A DNA stretch of 64,000 nt from Candidatus Woesearchaeota archaeon (GTDB lineage: Archaea; Nanobdellota; Nanobdellia; Woesearchaeales; SKIA01), in the NCBI GenBank assembly GCA_046704725.1, contig JBJKRI010000005.1:64001-128000 (forward strand), written 5' to 3'. The notes beneath the pieces were generated by a model, which did no database searches, was not told where the DNA came from, and saw only the letters and a list, made by a program, of their open reading frames with translations. A program made the translations under genes and the position numbers. Shown here in pieces: positions 35,757 to 44,116 of the stretch. Numbering within the stretch: position 1 is the stretch's first letter; every line of letters starts with the position of its first letter.

Positions 35757-36260
35757 GTGATCCACATCTACACGGGGCAGAGCAAGGGGAAGACCACGGC
35801 CTCTGTGGGCCTTGCCGTGCGGGCCATGGGCGCGGGGATGAAAGTGCTTTTCGTCTCCTACTTCAAGCCGGACGGCTCGTCGGAGCACGGCGTGCTCGAG
35901 AAGCTCGGCGCCAAGGTCCTGCGCTTCACCTACCGCGGGAACTTCTTCAAGCGATACAACAAGGAGCAATTGACGGAGGCCAAGAAGGCGTTCGCCGGGT
36001 TCTTCGTGGACGTGGAGGCGGAGACGCCGGACTACGACCTCATCATCCACGACGAGGTGGTCTACGCGGTCCATATGGGCTTGACGACGGAGCAGAAGCT
36101 GCTGGACTACCTCGATCTGTACAAGGACAAGGAGATCGTGCTGACCGGACGTGATTTCCCCGAAAAGCTTATCCAGCGAGCGGATTACGTGACAGAGATG
36201 CAGAAGGTCAAGCACCCCTTCGACAAGGGCGCGCAACCACGCAAGGGGATCGAGCACTGA
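35757..36260 (+). CDS. btuR: Cob(I)yrinic acid a,c-diamide adenosyltransferase (BtuR/CobA/CobO)
   Basis: IHIYTGQSKGKTTASVGLAVRA, DLIIHDE, VLTGR, ADYVTEM..KHPF..GIE. Confidence 0.93.
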   Translation: MIHIYTGQSKGKTTASVGLAVRAMGAGMKVLFVSYFKPDGSSEHGVLEKLGAKVLRFTYRGNFFKRYNKEQLTEAKKAFAGFFVDVEAETPDYDLIIHDEVVYAVHMGLTTEQKLLDYLDLYKDKEIVLTGRDFPEKLIQRADYVTEMQKVKHPFDKGAQPRKGIEH

Positions 36261-36685
36261 TGGTAGACAGGTTCTTCGCAGCCACAAAAGCATTCATCGT
36301 CTCGGACGGGAAGGTGTTGATCCTGCGCGAGTCCGCCGACTACGACGACGGCACGAACGAGGGGCGCTACGATGTCCCGGGAGGGCGCGTGGAGCCTGGC
36401 CAGCGTTTCGACGAGAGCCTCCGCAGGGAGATCAGGGAGGAGACTGGACTCGAGATCGATATCGGCAGGCCGTTCCACATCGACGAATGGCGCCCGCACG
36501 TCCATGACGAGGACTGGCAGGTCGTTGGGACGTACATCCTGTGCGTCCCGCACAAGACGGAGGTCACGCTCGGCCCCGATCATGATGACTTCCAATGGAT
36601 ATCGCCCGCAGACCACAAGGAGTATCCCATGACGAGCGGATTGCGAAAAGGGTTCGAACAGTATCTCTTGCTGGAGGAGCGATGA
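36260..36685 (+). CDS. NUDIX hydrolase (MutT-like)
   Basis: PGGRVEPGQRFDESLRREIREETGL. Confidence 0.92.
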   Translation: MVDRFFAATKAFIVSDGKVLILRESADYDDGTNEGRYDVPGGRVEPGQRFDESLRREIREETGLEIDIGRPFHIDEWRPHVHDEDWQVVGTYILCVPHKTEVTLGPDHDDFQWISPADHKEYPMTSGLRKGFEQYLLLEER

Positions 36686-37113
36686 GGATACGCATACACA
36701 CCATCGGGGACACGCCATTGCCGGAGTACGAGACGGAAGGAGCGGTCGCCTTCGACCTGCGCGCTCGCGAGCGCACCGTCATCGAGCCGCGCTCCCTGGG
36801 ATTGGTACGTACAGGGCTTGTGATAGAGGTGCCGAAGGGATACACGATGCTGCTCGCCGCCCGCTCGTCTACGCCCAAGAAGAAGGGGCTGCTCATGCCG
36901 CATGGCATGGGCGTCATCGACCAGGACTACTGCGGACCGGACGACGAGAACCTCTTGCAGTACTACAACTTCACCGACGAGCCAGTCGTGATAGAGAAAG
37001 GCGAGCGCTGCGGACAAGCGTTCTTCGCGCGCATCGCCAAGGCCGAGTGGGAAATGGTCGAGACCATCAAGGATACCAGCCGCGGCGGCTTCGGCGGCAC
37101 GGGAAACGATTAG
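36682..37113 (+). CDS. dut: dUTP diphosphatase
   Basis: AFDL, ARSS, GVIDQDYCG, GER..Q, RGGFGGTG motifs. Confidence 0.95.
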   Translation: MRIRIHTIGDTPLPEYETEGAVAFDLRARERTVIEPRSLGLVRTGLVIEVPKGYTMLLAARSSTPKKKGLLMPHGMGVIDQDYCGPDDENLLQYYNFTDEPVVIEKGERCGQAFFARIAKAEWEMVETIKDTSRGGFGGTGND

Positions 37114-37391
37114 CGGTCGAGCACGGCGTACACAAGGTGTATCCAATGCGCTGTGCTATAATTGATCACGTGCGTCGCGTCCGAAGGCATGCGCTGGGAA
37201 GCGAAATCAGCTATCAATTCCCGGCGTACCCCATCGTTCGCCGGCATATCGGGGACGAAACGCGATGCATGGCCGATAATCCTGCCCGAGAAGAGGGTCC
37301 GCTGGCCTGGAGCGCGGAGGACACGCCTATTAAGTCCGATGTATGAAGGGACGAGCTCGCTTCTACCCATCGATTCGAGACTGCTATCCAT
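37110..37391 (-). CDS. Small hypothetical protein
   Basis: TATAATATA box about 25 nt upstream on the minus strand; fills the gap. Confidence 0.45.
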   Translation of the reverse strand: MDSSLESMGRSELVPSYIGLNRRVLRAPGQRTLFSGRIIGHASRFVPDMPANDGVRRELIADFASQRMPSDATHVINYSTAHWIHLVYAVLDR

Positions 37392-37424
37392 GCAATCCTT
37401 GCGAAGCGCTCCTATATTATACTT

Positions 37425-38219
37425 TCAGTGCTGCGAGAAGTACTGCAGCACGTCCTCGGGCTTCTTGTTCTGGAAAAGGATGCCCGACAAGGCGCGCGCC
37501 AATGTCAAGGGACGCGGGTGCTGCCAGATGCTGCGGCCGTACGCCAAGCCCGTGGCGCCGGCGTGCACCACGTCATAGGCGTGCTTGATGATCTCTTCGT
37601 CAGAACCATACTCGTTGTCCGCAACAAGCACGCCCGCGCGTCCGGCGGCCTTGACCGCCCACTCGAAGCCGTGCAGGTCGTGATTGTACTTGAGCTTGAC
37701 GAAATCCGCCCCCAATTCGAGACCGACGCGGGCGGCGTAGGCGATGACGTCGGAATCGGCGTCCCTACCGACCACTCCGGGGCCGCGCGGATACATCCAC
37801 GCGATGACGGGGATGCCGTAATCGTGGGCCTCCTCGCAGATGCGGCCGAACTCAGCGAACATCTCCGGCTCGGCGGGACTGCCGTCGTAGATGGTGTAGC
37901 CCACCGCGTCCGCTCCGAGCTTGACCGCGCGCTCCACGCTGCAGATCTGCTTTGAGAACGGATTGAGCTCGGACAATTCCGTGCGGCCGTTGAGCTTGAT
38001 GACCAATGGAATGTCCGTGTATGCGCCGTGATAGTACTTCTCAGCGAGGCCCGCGTGCAGGACGACGCCTGTGAAACCGCCCTCGAGGGCGATGTTGAGG
38101 ACGTGCGTGGGATCGACGGTGTGCAGGTCGAAGAGCTTGGGACCGTGCTCGAGCCCCTGGTCGAAGGACAAGAGCAACGCGTGCTTGTCGCGCAGAATCC
38201 GATTCGCGTCAGCGACCAC
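37425..38219 (-). CDS. Class I (DhnA-type) fructose-bisphosphate aldolase
   Basis: DQGLEHGP, AWMYPRG, AYAARVGLELGADFVK (Schiff-base Lys), GRSIWQ. Confidence 0.92.
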   Translation of the reverse strand: MVADANRILRDKHALLLSFDQGLEHGPKLFDLHTVDPTHVLNIALEGGFTGVVLHAGLAEKYYHGAYTDIPLVIKLNGRTELSELNPFSKQICSVERAVKLGADAVGYTIYDGSPAEPEMFAEFGRICEEAHDYGIPVIAWMYPRGPGVVGRDADSDVIAYAARVGLELGADFVKLKYNHDLHGFEWAVKAAGRAGVLVADNEYGSDEEIIKHAYDVVHAGATGLAYGRSIWQHPRPLTLARALSGILFQNKKPEDVLQYFSQH

Positions 38220-38257
38220 TCACCCTCACCTCACGTGCAGGGCGTGGAAAGCCGTAT

Positions 38258-39262
38258 TTAAATGTTCTGGAGGAGTGGCTTCGCCGGTATCTCCCGTTTA
38301 TCGGCGGAGAGGCGTTCGAGGGCCTTGTCACGGTCGAGCAGGCCGTTCTTGGCGCCGACCTCGCTGATGAGGCTCTCGGTGTTCACGCACGCGAGCCGCA
38401 ACGATTCCTGGGGATCCTTGCCGAGGATGAGCCCCGCGAGGAAAGAGGAAGCGAAGCAATCACCGGCTCCAGTCGTCTCCACGATACGCGCTTCGGGAGA
38501 CGGGGCGGCGAAATAGATCGTGTCCGCGTACAGCAAGGTGCTTCCCGCACGGCCGTTGGTGACCATGACGATCTCCGCTCCCTGCATCCGCAGGCGCACG
38601 CACAACTCCTCGGGAGAGCCCTTGCCAACGAGCATCTCGGCCTCCTCCTTGTTCATGATGAGCAATTGCGAGAGCGATATCGGCTCGCGCAACGCGGCCA
38701 ATCCCTGTTGGGTCTGGTAGCTCGACGGATTGAAGGCGACGGCGATGCCGCTCTGCCGGGCGTGGCGCATGAGCGCGAGCATGGTGCGGTAGCTCTCGCC
38801 CACGAGCGAGGAGAAGTAATACCATGTCGAGTGCATCTTGGAGAGGTCGAGGTCCTCCGCCCGCAACAGGGAAGAGGAACCCTTGTAGATGAGGATGGTC
38901 CGGTCGTGCAGGCGCTTGCTGTCGAGCACGAGCGACAGGTTGGTCTTGGCGTCCACGCGCGTGCCGAGGAAGTCCACGCCCGCGCCATCGCACCACGAGA
39001 CGACGGCGTCGCCGTTGCCGTCCTTTCCCACAGCACCGCCGTACGCCACGGGGATGCCGAGCTTGGAGAGGCACGCGGCGGTGTTCGTGCCGCCTCCGCC
39101 GATCTCCGTGTGCACGTCGCTGAGCAACACCTTCTCGCCCGAGGGATAGAAGACGACCTCCTCGCAGCTGTCGTCCGTGCAGATCTGCATGGTGCGTTCG
39201 CTCGCCGTCTCGGTGTGGATGTCGATCGTCCCGCTCCCGAAGGTGATGACCTCGTACTTCAT
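38258..39262 (-). CDS. PfkB family carbohydrate kinase
   Basis: GGGGTNTA, NKEEA, ETTGAGDCF; start MKYEVITFGSG. Confidence 0.93.
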   Translation of the reverse strand: MKYEVITFGSGTIDIHTETASERTMQICTDDSCEEVVFYPSGEKVLLSDVHTEIGGGGTNTAACLSKLGIPVAYGGAVGKDGNGDAVVSWCDGAGVDFLGTRVDAKTNLSLVLDSKRLHDRTILIYKGSSSLLRAEDLDLSKMHSTWYYFSSLVGESYRTMLALMRHARQSGIAVAFNPSSYQTQQGLAALREPISLSQLLIMNKEEAEMLVGKGSPEELCVRLRMQGAEIVMVTNGRAGSTLLYADTIYFAAPSPEARIVETTGAGDCFASSFLAGLILGKDPQESLRLACVNTESLISEVGAKNGLLDRDKALERLSADKREIPAKPLLQNI

Positions 39263-39858
39263 GGCAAGGCGTCCGGCGGATAGATGCTGGGAGGCTGCTC
39301 CTGCGTCTGGCTCAAGCGCAGGAACTCCTTGATGACATTCTGCATCTCGACGAGCTTCGCGATGAGCTCGTCCTCCGCCTTCTTGATGCGGGGCTTGTAT
39401 ATCCAGAGCCTCCATCGCTCCTGGATGGACTTGAGCAATCCTCCGGAGAAATCATCCTCCCAGTTGCGGATGAGGTGCGCCTCGAAGCGCATGATCGTGT
39501 TGGACTGGAACATCTTCCACTTCTTGCCCTTGTGCATGACCTCCTTCTTGCTGACGGCGATGGTCTGGAAGTTGAACTTGAGGAACCACGTGAACTCCTT
39601 CTGCTCGATGTGCTGGGAGCCGGGGTGCCTCCAGGCACGCCACCAGATGTGGTGCTCCGTCAGACCGCTGGGCAGGTCCCGCTGCCAATAGAGCGTCTCG
39701 TAGTTCTTGTCTCCGTTCGTGTCCTTGAAATCGTTGTCGTCGAGCCAGGTGTGCAGGCGCTTGTACAGCTCCTTGAGCTGGTGGACGTACTCGATCTCGA
39801 TCTCCGTCTTGAAGATGCGTTCGCCGTTCTTCGTCCAGTCGATGAGGTTGGAGGGCAC
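39259..39858 (-). CDS. Conserved-looking hypothetical protein
   Basis: Strong host codon usage, coupled to the kinase gene. Confidence 0.75.
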   Translation of the reverse strand: MPSNLIDWTKNGERIFKTEIEIEYVHQLKELYKRLHTWLDDNDFKDTNGDKNYETLYWQRDLPSGLTEHHIWWRAWRHPGSQHIEQKEFTWFLKFNFQTIAVSKKEVMHKGKKWKMFQSNTIMRFEAHLIRNWEDDFSGGLLKSIQERWRLWIYKPRIKKAEDELIAKLVEMQNVIKEFLRLSQTQEQPPSIYPPDALP

Positions 39859-39950
39859 ATGGCGAACCCGTCAGCGGCATATATAAACGTGCGGTTGTGA
39901 GCGAGGGGTGGGGACGAACGATTCATAAGGGAGCCGTCCGGGGTGGAAGC

Positions 39951-40730
39951 ATGCTCCGCACAGCGACCATTATCGTTTTGTCCCTGCTCTTGGTAGGGAC
40001 TGCATCGCTGGCGCTCACGGAGATCGCGTTCAGCAAGCTCTTGTACCCCGAGGCGTACGTCGGTCCGGTGATGCAGCTTGAGCAGCAGGTTGTGCCGCAG
40101 CACTTCCCCGTGCCCTTGCCGCAATCGCTCGTACGCAACGAGACCTCGCGACTGCTCGGCAACGCACTGGCGTACATCCGCGGCGACACCGCGACAGCGA
40201 ACCTGACTATTCCCGTCAGAGCGGACCTGACCCGAGCGCTCGATGCGCTCCCGCCCTGCCAGGGCGTCCCGCAGAACGGCACGCTCGACTGCCGGCCGCC
40301 GAACGCGACGATCATCCTCGCGCAGGTCCCACAGACCATGAACCTGAGCACGCCGAACCTCACGAGCTACCTGCAGCGCGGACGCCAGGCCGTGCAGACC
40401 GCCGAAGCCTCGCTGCAGATCGCGCTGATCCTGGCGCTGGTGTGTGTATTGCTCATCCTGTTCCTGACGCGCAAGTCCATCCGCTCGGGAGCGGAATGGA
40501 TAGAGAGCGATATGATCATCGTGGGCGGCTCGCTCGCGACGACGAGCATCGCCATCCGACCGCTCCTCGCGCGAGCGTTCCCGCCGGCGCTGTCATCGTT
40601 GCAAGGTTTTGTCACGACGGTGCTCGGGACGGTGCTCGCGGCCATGCTGACCTACGGATTGGTGGCGGGCATCGGCGGGGCGGCGCTCTTGCTGTTCACC
40701 CTGCTGTTCCCGAAACCAAAGAAGAAGTGA
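39951..40730 (+). CDS. Hypothetical membrane protein
   Basis: N-terminal TM, extracellular loop with a Cys pair, three C-terminal TM helices. Confidence 0.75.
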   Translation: MLRTATIIVLSLLLVGTASLALTEIAFSKLLYPEAYVGPVMQLEQQVVPQHFPVPLPQSLVRNETSRLLGNALAYIRGDTATANLTIPVRADLTRALDALPPCQGVPQNGTLDCRPPNATIILAQVPQTMNLSTPNLTSYLQRGRQAVQTAEASLQIALILALVCVLLILFLTRKSIRSGAEWIESDMIIVGGSLATTSIAIRPLLARAFPPALSSLQGFVTTVLGTVLAAMLTYGLVAGIGGAALLLFTLLFPKPKKK

Positions 40731-40814
40731 TGTGGGTGGCAGGGTTCGAACCTGCGTAGGCGCTAAGCCACACGGCCCTGAACCGTGCCCGTTTGACCGC
40801 TCCGGCACACCCAC
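40731..40814 (-). tRNA. tRNA-Leu(CAG), CCA not encoded
   Basis: Acceptor stem GTGGGTG/CACCCAC, anticodon arm CACGG-TTCAGGG-CCGTG, long variable arm, GGTTCGAACC T-loop. Confidence 0.96.
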
Positions 40815-40853
40815 GTGCTATCAGGGAGATTCCCCGTCCACTTATAAACGTTG

Positions 40854-41267
40854 TCAGAGGGTGAGCGTGACGAGGTTCGTATTGCCCAATCCGTGCTTCT
40901 CGATCACGCCGCGCTCGGAGAGGTGCTTGAGGACGCGCGAGACCTTCACCTTGCCAAGGCCTGTGAGCGCGACGAGCCGGTTCTGCTCGAGACGGTTGTT
41001 GTTGTCGAGCAAGGTCTTGACGACGAGGCGCTCCTCGCGCGGCAACACAGAGAGCACGCGCGAGAGCTGCGCGCGGTTGATGCGCCACTGGAACAAGAGC
41101 ACGAGCGACGCGCCGAGAAGGACGGAGAGAAAAGCGATGCCGTAGACGAGCAGCGGCAGTTGCGAGCCGCTCTGCTCGACGTACGCGCCGTTCACCAAGG
41201 CGAAAGCGATGCCGAGCAAGAAGACGAGGACGAGTCCGGCGATGAGCCGGCGCGGCTCAAGCTCCAT
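40854..41267 (-). CDS. Membrane-anchored winged-helix protein
   Basis: Two TM helices then LEQNRLVALTGLGKVKVSRVLKHLSERGVIEK..GNTN. Confidence 0.85.
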   Translation of the reverse strand: MELEPRRLIAGLVLVFLLGIAFALVNGAYVEQSGSQLPLLVYGIAFLSVLLGASLVLLFQWRINRAQLSRVLSVLPREERLVVKTLLDNNNRLEQNRLVALTGLGKVKVSRVLKHLSERGVIEKHGLGNTNLVTLTL

Positions 41268-41481
41268 TCCCGCCCCCCAACTCCTTTCTCAGCCTGCGAT
41301 ATTCCCTGTCCGTGATCTCGCCGCGCGCGAGGCGCTTGTCGAGGATGTCCTTTGCGCTCTCCTTGCTGGTCCCACGGAGCAGCCACCAGACGATGAGGAG
41401 GAAGGCCGCGAGGATGAGCAGGGAGAACAGCCATCCGAGGCCCATGCCAGAGCCCATGCCGTACCCCATCATCCCCGCCAT
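41257..41481 (-). CDS. SHOCT-domain small membrane protein
   Basis: MMGYGMG leader, TM, AKDILDKRLARGEITDREY. Confidence 0.88.
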   Translation of the reverse strand: MAGMMGYGMGSGMGLGWLFSLLILAAFLLIVWWLLRGTSKESAKDILDKRLARGEITDREYRRLRKELGGGNGA

Positions 41482-41524
41482 GCCGTCCTCCAGGCGTCAG
41501 TCGCTCTTATGTCTTTTGGAGCCA

Positions 41525-41830
41525 TCAACTCATGGGACAGTCGTCGTGCATCTCCTGCCAGTCGGCGAAGGTCTCGTTGTCGGTCACCCAGTACGGGCCG
41601 ATGCGTCCATAGTCCTCGCGTGCCTGGACAAAGTCGGCGTAGGTCCCGTTCTCGACGATGTCCTGCATCACGTATAGCGGACCGTTCCGCGCGTACAGCA
41701 TGCCGTGACCCATCCCATAGCCCATGCCGTACTGGCTCTGCTCCTGCGCGCTCCAGCGCGGGCCGAATGCGACGGCGAGGCCGCCGACGACCACCAGCAT
41801 CGCGAGCGACGCGATCAATGTCTTGTTCAT
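41525..41830 (-). CDS. Small secreted Met/Gly/His-rich protein
   Basis: Signal peptide, GMGYGMGHGM, SD GGAGG. Confidence 0.75.
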   Translation of the reverse strand: MNKTLIASLAMLVVVGGLAVAFGPRWSAQEQSQYGMGYGMGHGMLYARNGPLYVMQDIVENGTYADFVQAREDYGRIGPYWVTDNETFADWQEMHDDCPMS

Positions 41831-41868
41831 GGTTCTTCCTCCGGCCTTGCGGCCGAAGTATCAGAGGG

Positions 41869-41900
41869 TGAAACGAGACATACTCTTTGCTGAAACGAGA
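41869..41900. promoter_or_regulatory. Exact 10-bp direct repeat TGAAACGAGA, putative operator
   Basis: Copies at 41869 and 41891 (22-bp spacing) upstream of the 41830 gene. Confidence 0.55.
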
Positions 41901-41971
41901 ATGTGAGGGGGAAGCAGGGCCAGAAACGGTGTGTTGGGGGTATGCTTTGGCCCTGCCCCACCCACTCTCCG

Positions 41972-42160
41972 CTAGGAGGGTGAGACGCCGAGATCCTTCG
42001 CTGCCTGGACGGTGCTCTCGGCGTCACGGATCTTGCGCAGGGCGTTACGCTCGAACGCGGAGTCAGCGGCCTGCGTGATGTGGAGGCGCTGCGCCACGAC
42101 TGTTTGCGTAAGCCCTTTCGCCCGGAGGCGGAGGACTTCCTGCTCGCGATCCGTTAACAC
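41972..42160 (-). CDS. Tfx/LuxR-like small HTH protein
   Basis: LTDREQEVLRLRAKGLTQ..VAQRL..S.FERNALRKI. Confidence 0.8.
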   Translation of the reverse strand: MLTDREQEVLRLRAKGLTQTVVAQRLHITQAADSAFERNALRKIRDAESTVQAAKDLGVSPS

Positions 42161-42170
42161 ATTGAATCAC

Positions 42171-42187
42171 TTGTACAGACTGTACAA
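42171..42187. promoter_or_regulatory. Perfect inverted repeat TTGTACAG-A-CTGTACAA, putative operator
   Basis: Lies between the TATA element (42190-42204) and the start of the HTH gene. Confidence 0.6.
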
Positions 42188-42252
42188 CTGATATAATTTA
42201 TATCCTTTTCCGTGGTCAAAACGCTTAACAACAGCCATGGAGTCCACCCGGC

Positions 42253-43446
42253 ATGAAGATCGGGCTCGTGGGAAAGCCGTCGGCAGGGAAATCCACCTTC
42301 TTCAAGGCGGCCACGCTCATGGACGTGGACATCGCGAACTATCCCTTCACCACTATAGCGCCGAACACCGGCTTCGCGCACGTGCGCATCGACTGCGTGG
42401 ACGAGGAGCTGGGGGTGCAGTGCAACCCCCGCACGGGCTACTGCATCGAGCACCAGCGGTTCGTGCCATTCGAGCTCATGGACGTGGCGGGCCTGGTGCC
42501 CGGAGCGCACGAAGGACGGGGACGCGGCCTGGCGTTTCTGTCCGACCTCAACGAGGCCGACGGGCTCATCCACGTCGTGGACTGCTCGGGAAGCGTGAAC
42601 GCCGACGGCGAGGACGTGGAGGCAGGCAGCTACGACCCAGCGAAAGACGTGCGCTTTCTCACCGACGAGCTCGACTACTGGTACCTGGGCATCATCACCA
42701 AGAACTGGGAGCGCTTCGCGCGGCGTGTCCAGCAAGAGAAACAGGACGCGATCAAGGCGTTGGCCGAGCAACTGTCAGGACTGCGCGTCACCGAGGACCA
42801 CCTGAAGAGCGCTTTTTCCACGCTCGGACTGCCGCAGAACGTGACGGAATGGAAGGAGGATGAACTGCACGCGCTCGCGCGCGACCTGCGGCAGAAGACG
42901 AAGCCCATGGTGATAGCGGCCAACAAGATCGACCGGCCATCGGCGAGGGCGCATTACGAAAAGTTGGTGGAGGAGTTCCCTGGATTGACGATCATCCCCT
43001 GCAGCGCGGAGGTCGAGCTGGCATTGCGCGAAGCGGGAAAGCACGGCCTGATAGACTACCTGCCCGGGGACCAGACGTTCACCCTGAAAGACGATGCATC
43101 ACTTTCTGACGCGCAGAAGAAGGGACTGAACTACATGGCCGCGTTCCTCAAGGAGAACGGCGGAACAGGCGTGCAGCGCGTGCTCAACAGCGCCGTGCTC
43201 GACCTGTTGGGATACATAGCGGTCTATCCCGGCGGGACAAAGAAGCTCGAGGACAGCGAAGGACGCGTCCTCCCGGACTGTTTCCTCATGGCGCCCGGCA
43301 CGACGCCATTGGACTTCGCCCGCTCCCTGCACACCGACTTCGCCAAACACTTCATCAAGGCGATCAACGTCAAGACCCGATTGCCCGTGGGGAAGGACCA
43401 GCCGTTGTCGCACCGCGACGTCATCGAGATCGTCAGCGCGAAATAG
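42253..43446 (+). CDS. ychF: Obg-family ATPase/GTPase YchF (archaeal type)
   Basis: GKPSAGKST, YPFTT, DVAGLVPGA, NKID, C-terminal TGS domain. Confidence 0.95.
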   Translation: MKIGLVGKPSAGKSTFFKAATLMDVDIANYPFTTIAPNTGFAHVRIDCVDEELGVQCNPRTGYCIEHQRFVPFELMDVAGLVPGAHEGRGRGLAFLSDLNEADGLIHVVDCSGSVNADGEDVEAGSYDPAKDVRFLTDELDYWYLGIITKNWERFARRVQQEKQDAIKALAEQLSGLRVTEDHLKSAFSTLGLPQNVTEWKEDELHALARDLRQKTKPMVIAANKIDRPSARAHYEKLVEEFPGLTIIPCSAEVELALREAGKHGLIDYLPGDQTFTLKDDASLSDAQKKGLNYMAAFLKENGGTGVQRVLNSAVLDLLGYIAVYPGGTKKLEDSEGRVLPDCFLMAPGTTPLDFARSLHTDFAKHFIKAINVKTRLPVGKDQPLSHRDVIEIVSAK

Positions 43447-43448
43447 GT

Positions 43449-43916
43449 CTATTTCTTGATCAGGCCGTACTTGTCGAGGAGGCGCTTGAACTCGACGTAC
43501 TCGTCCGAGCGACGGATCTCCTGGATCTCTTCGGAAGGCAGGCGGTTCACCCACTGCACGCAGATGCGCAGCATCTCCTTCACGTCGCTATCGACGGAAG
43601 GCTTCTTATCAGAGAGGACGGACAGGTCGACGTCATCCTCGGCGACAGCCTCGCGCGGCCGACTACCGAACATGCGCTTCCACCAGCTCTTGTGTTCGGG
43701 CTCGGCGAGCTCGAAATCATCGTCCTCGTGGGGGACGCTCTCGCCGCGAAGGACCGCCTCGACGTGCTCCCTGGGCACTTCTTCGGGCTTGGGAGGCTGC
43801 TTGTCCTCGGAGACGATCTCCACCTTGGGCACGATGCGGCTGAAAAAGCTCTTCCCGCCGCTCTTGCGCTCGCGAAGGTAACTGCCCATGTCCCGGTTGA
43901 AGTCCCGCTGGTCCAT
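43449..43916 (-). CDS. Hypothetical protein
   Basis: Host codon usage, TTTATA box about 25 nt upstream. Confidence 0.75.
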   Translation of the reverse strand: MDQRDFNRDMGSYLRERKSGGKSFFSRIVPKVEIVSEDKQPPKPEEVPREHVEAVLRGESVPHEDDDFELAEPEHKSWWKRMFGSRPREAVAEDDVDLSVLSDKKPSVDSDVKEMLRICVQWVNRLPSEEIQEIRRSDEYVEFKRLLDKYGLIKK

Positions 43917-43962
43917 CCCAGGGAAAGCAGGAGCCGTGAATATAAAGATTACTGCTCAAGAA

Positions 43963-44077
43963 TGGGGATGGAGGGATTCGAACCCCCGTCGGCCGGTATC
44001 TTCAATGGTCATCGGCCTTGCGACCTCAACGCTCCACTACTGGAGCCGGCTGTTCTACCAGGTTATACTACATCCCC
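43963..44077 (-). tRNA. tRNA-Trp(CCA) with a 42-nt intron at 37/38 (intron 43998-44039)
   Basis: Acceptor GGGGATG/CATCCCC, anticodon stem GCCGG/CCGGC, CT-CCA-G loop, bulge-helix-bulge motif; spliced length 73 nt. Confidence 0.95.
43998..44039 (-). ncRNA. Intron-encoded minimal box C/D-type guide, predicted target C34 of tRNA-Trp
   Basis: TGGAGC antisense to G31-A36, followed by G-TTGA (D-like box), a GCAA hairpin and CGATGA (C-like box); D+5 position pairs with C34. Confidence 0.65.
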
Positions 44078-44116
44078 AACCCGTTAGGAGTGTACGGACG
44101 AAGTGGCGGGCGTCTT

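Noticed and set aside
40731-44077. Integrated element between or at the two tRNAs
   Set aside because: No integrase and no duplicated tRNA end seen; the interval holds the housekeeping gene ychF.
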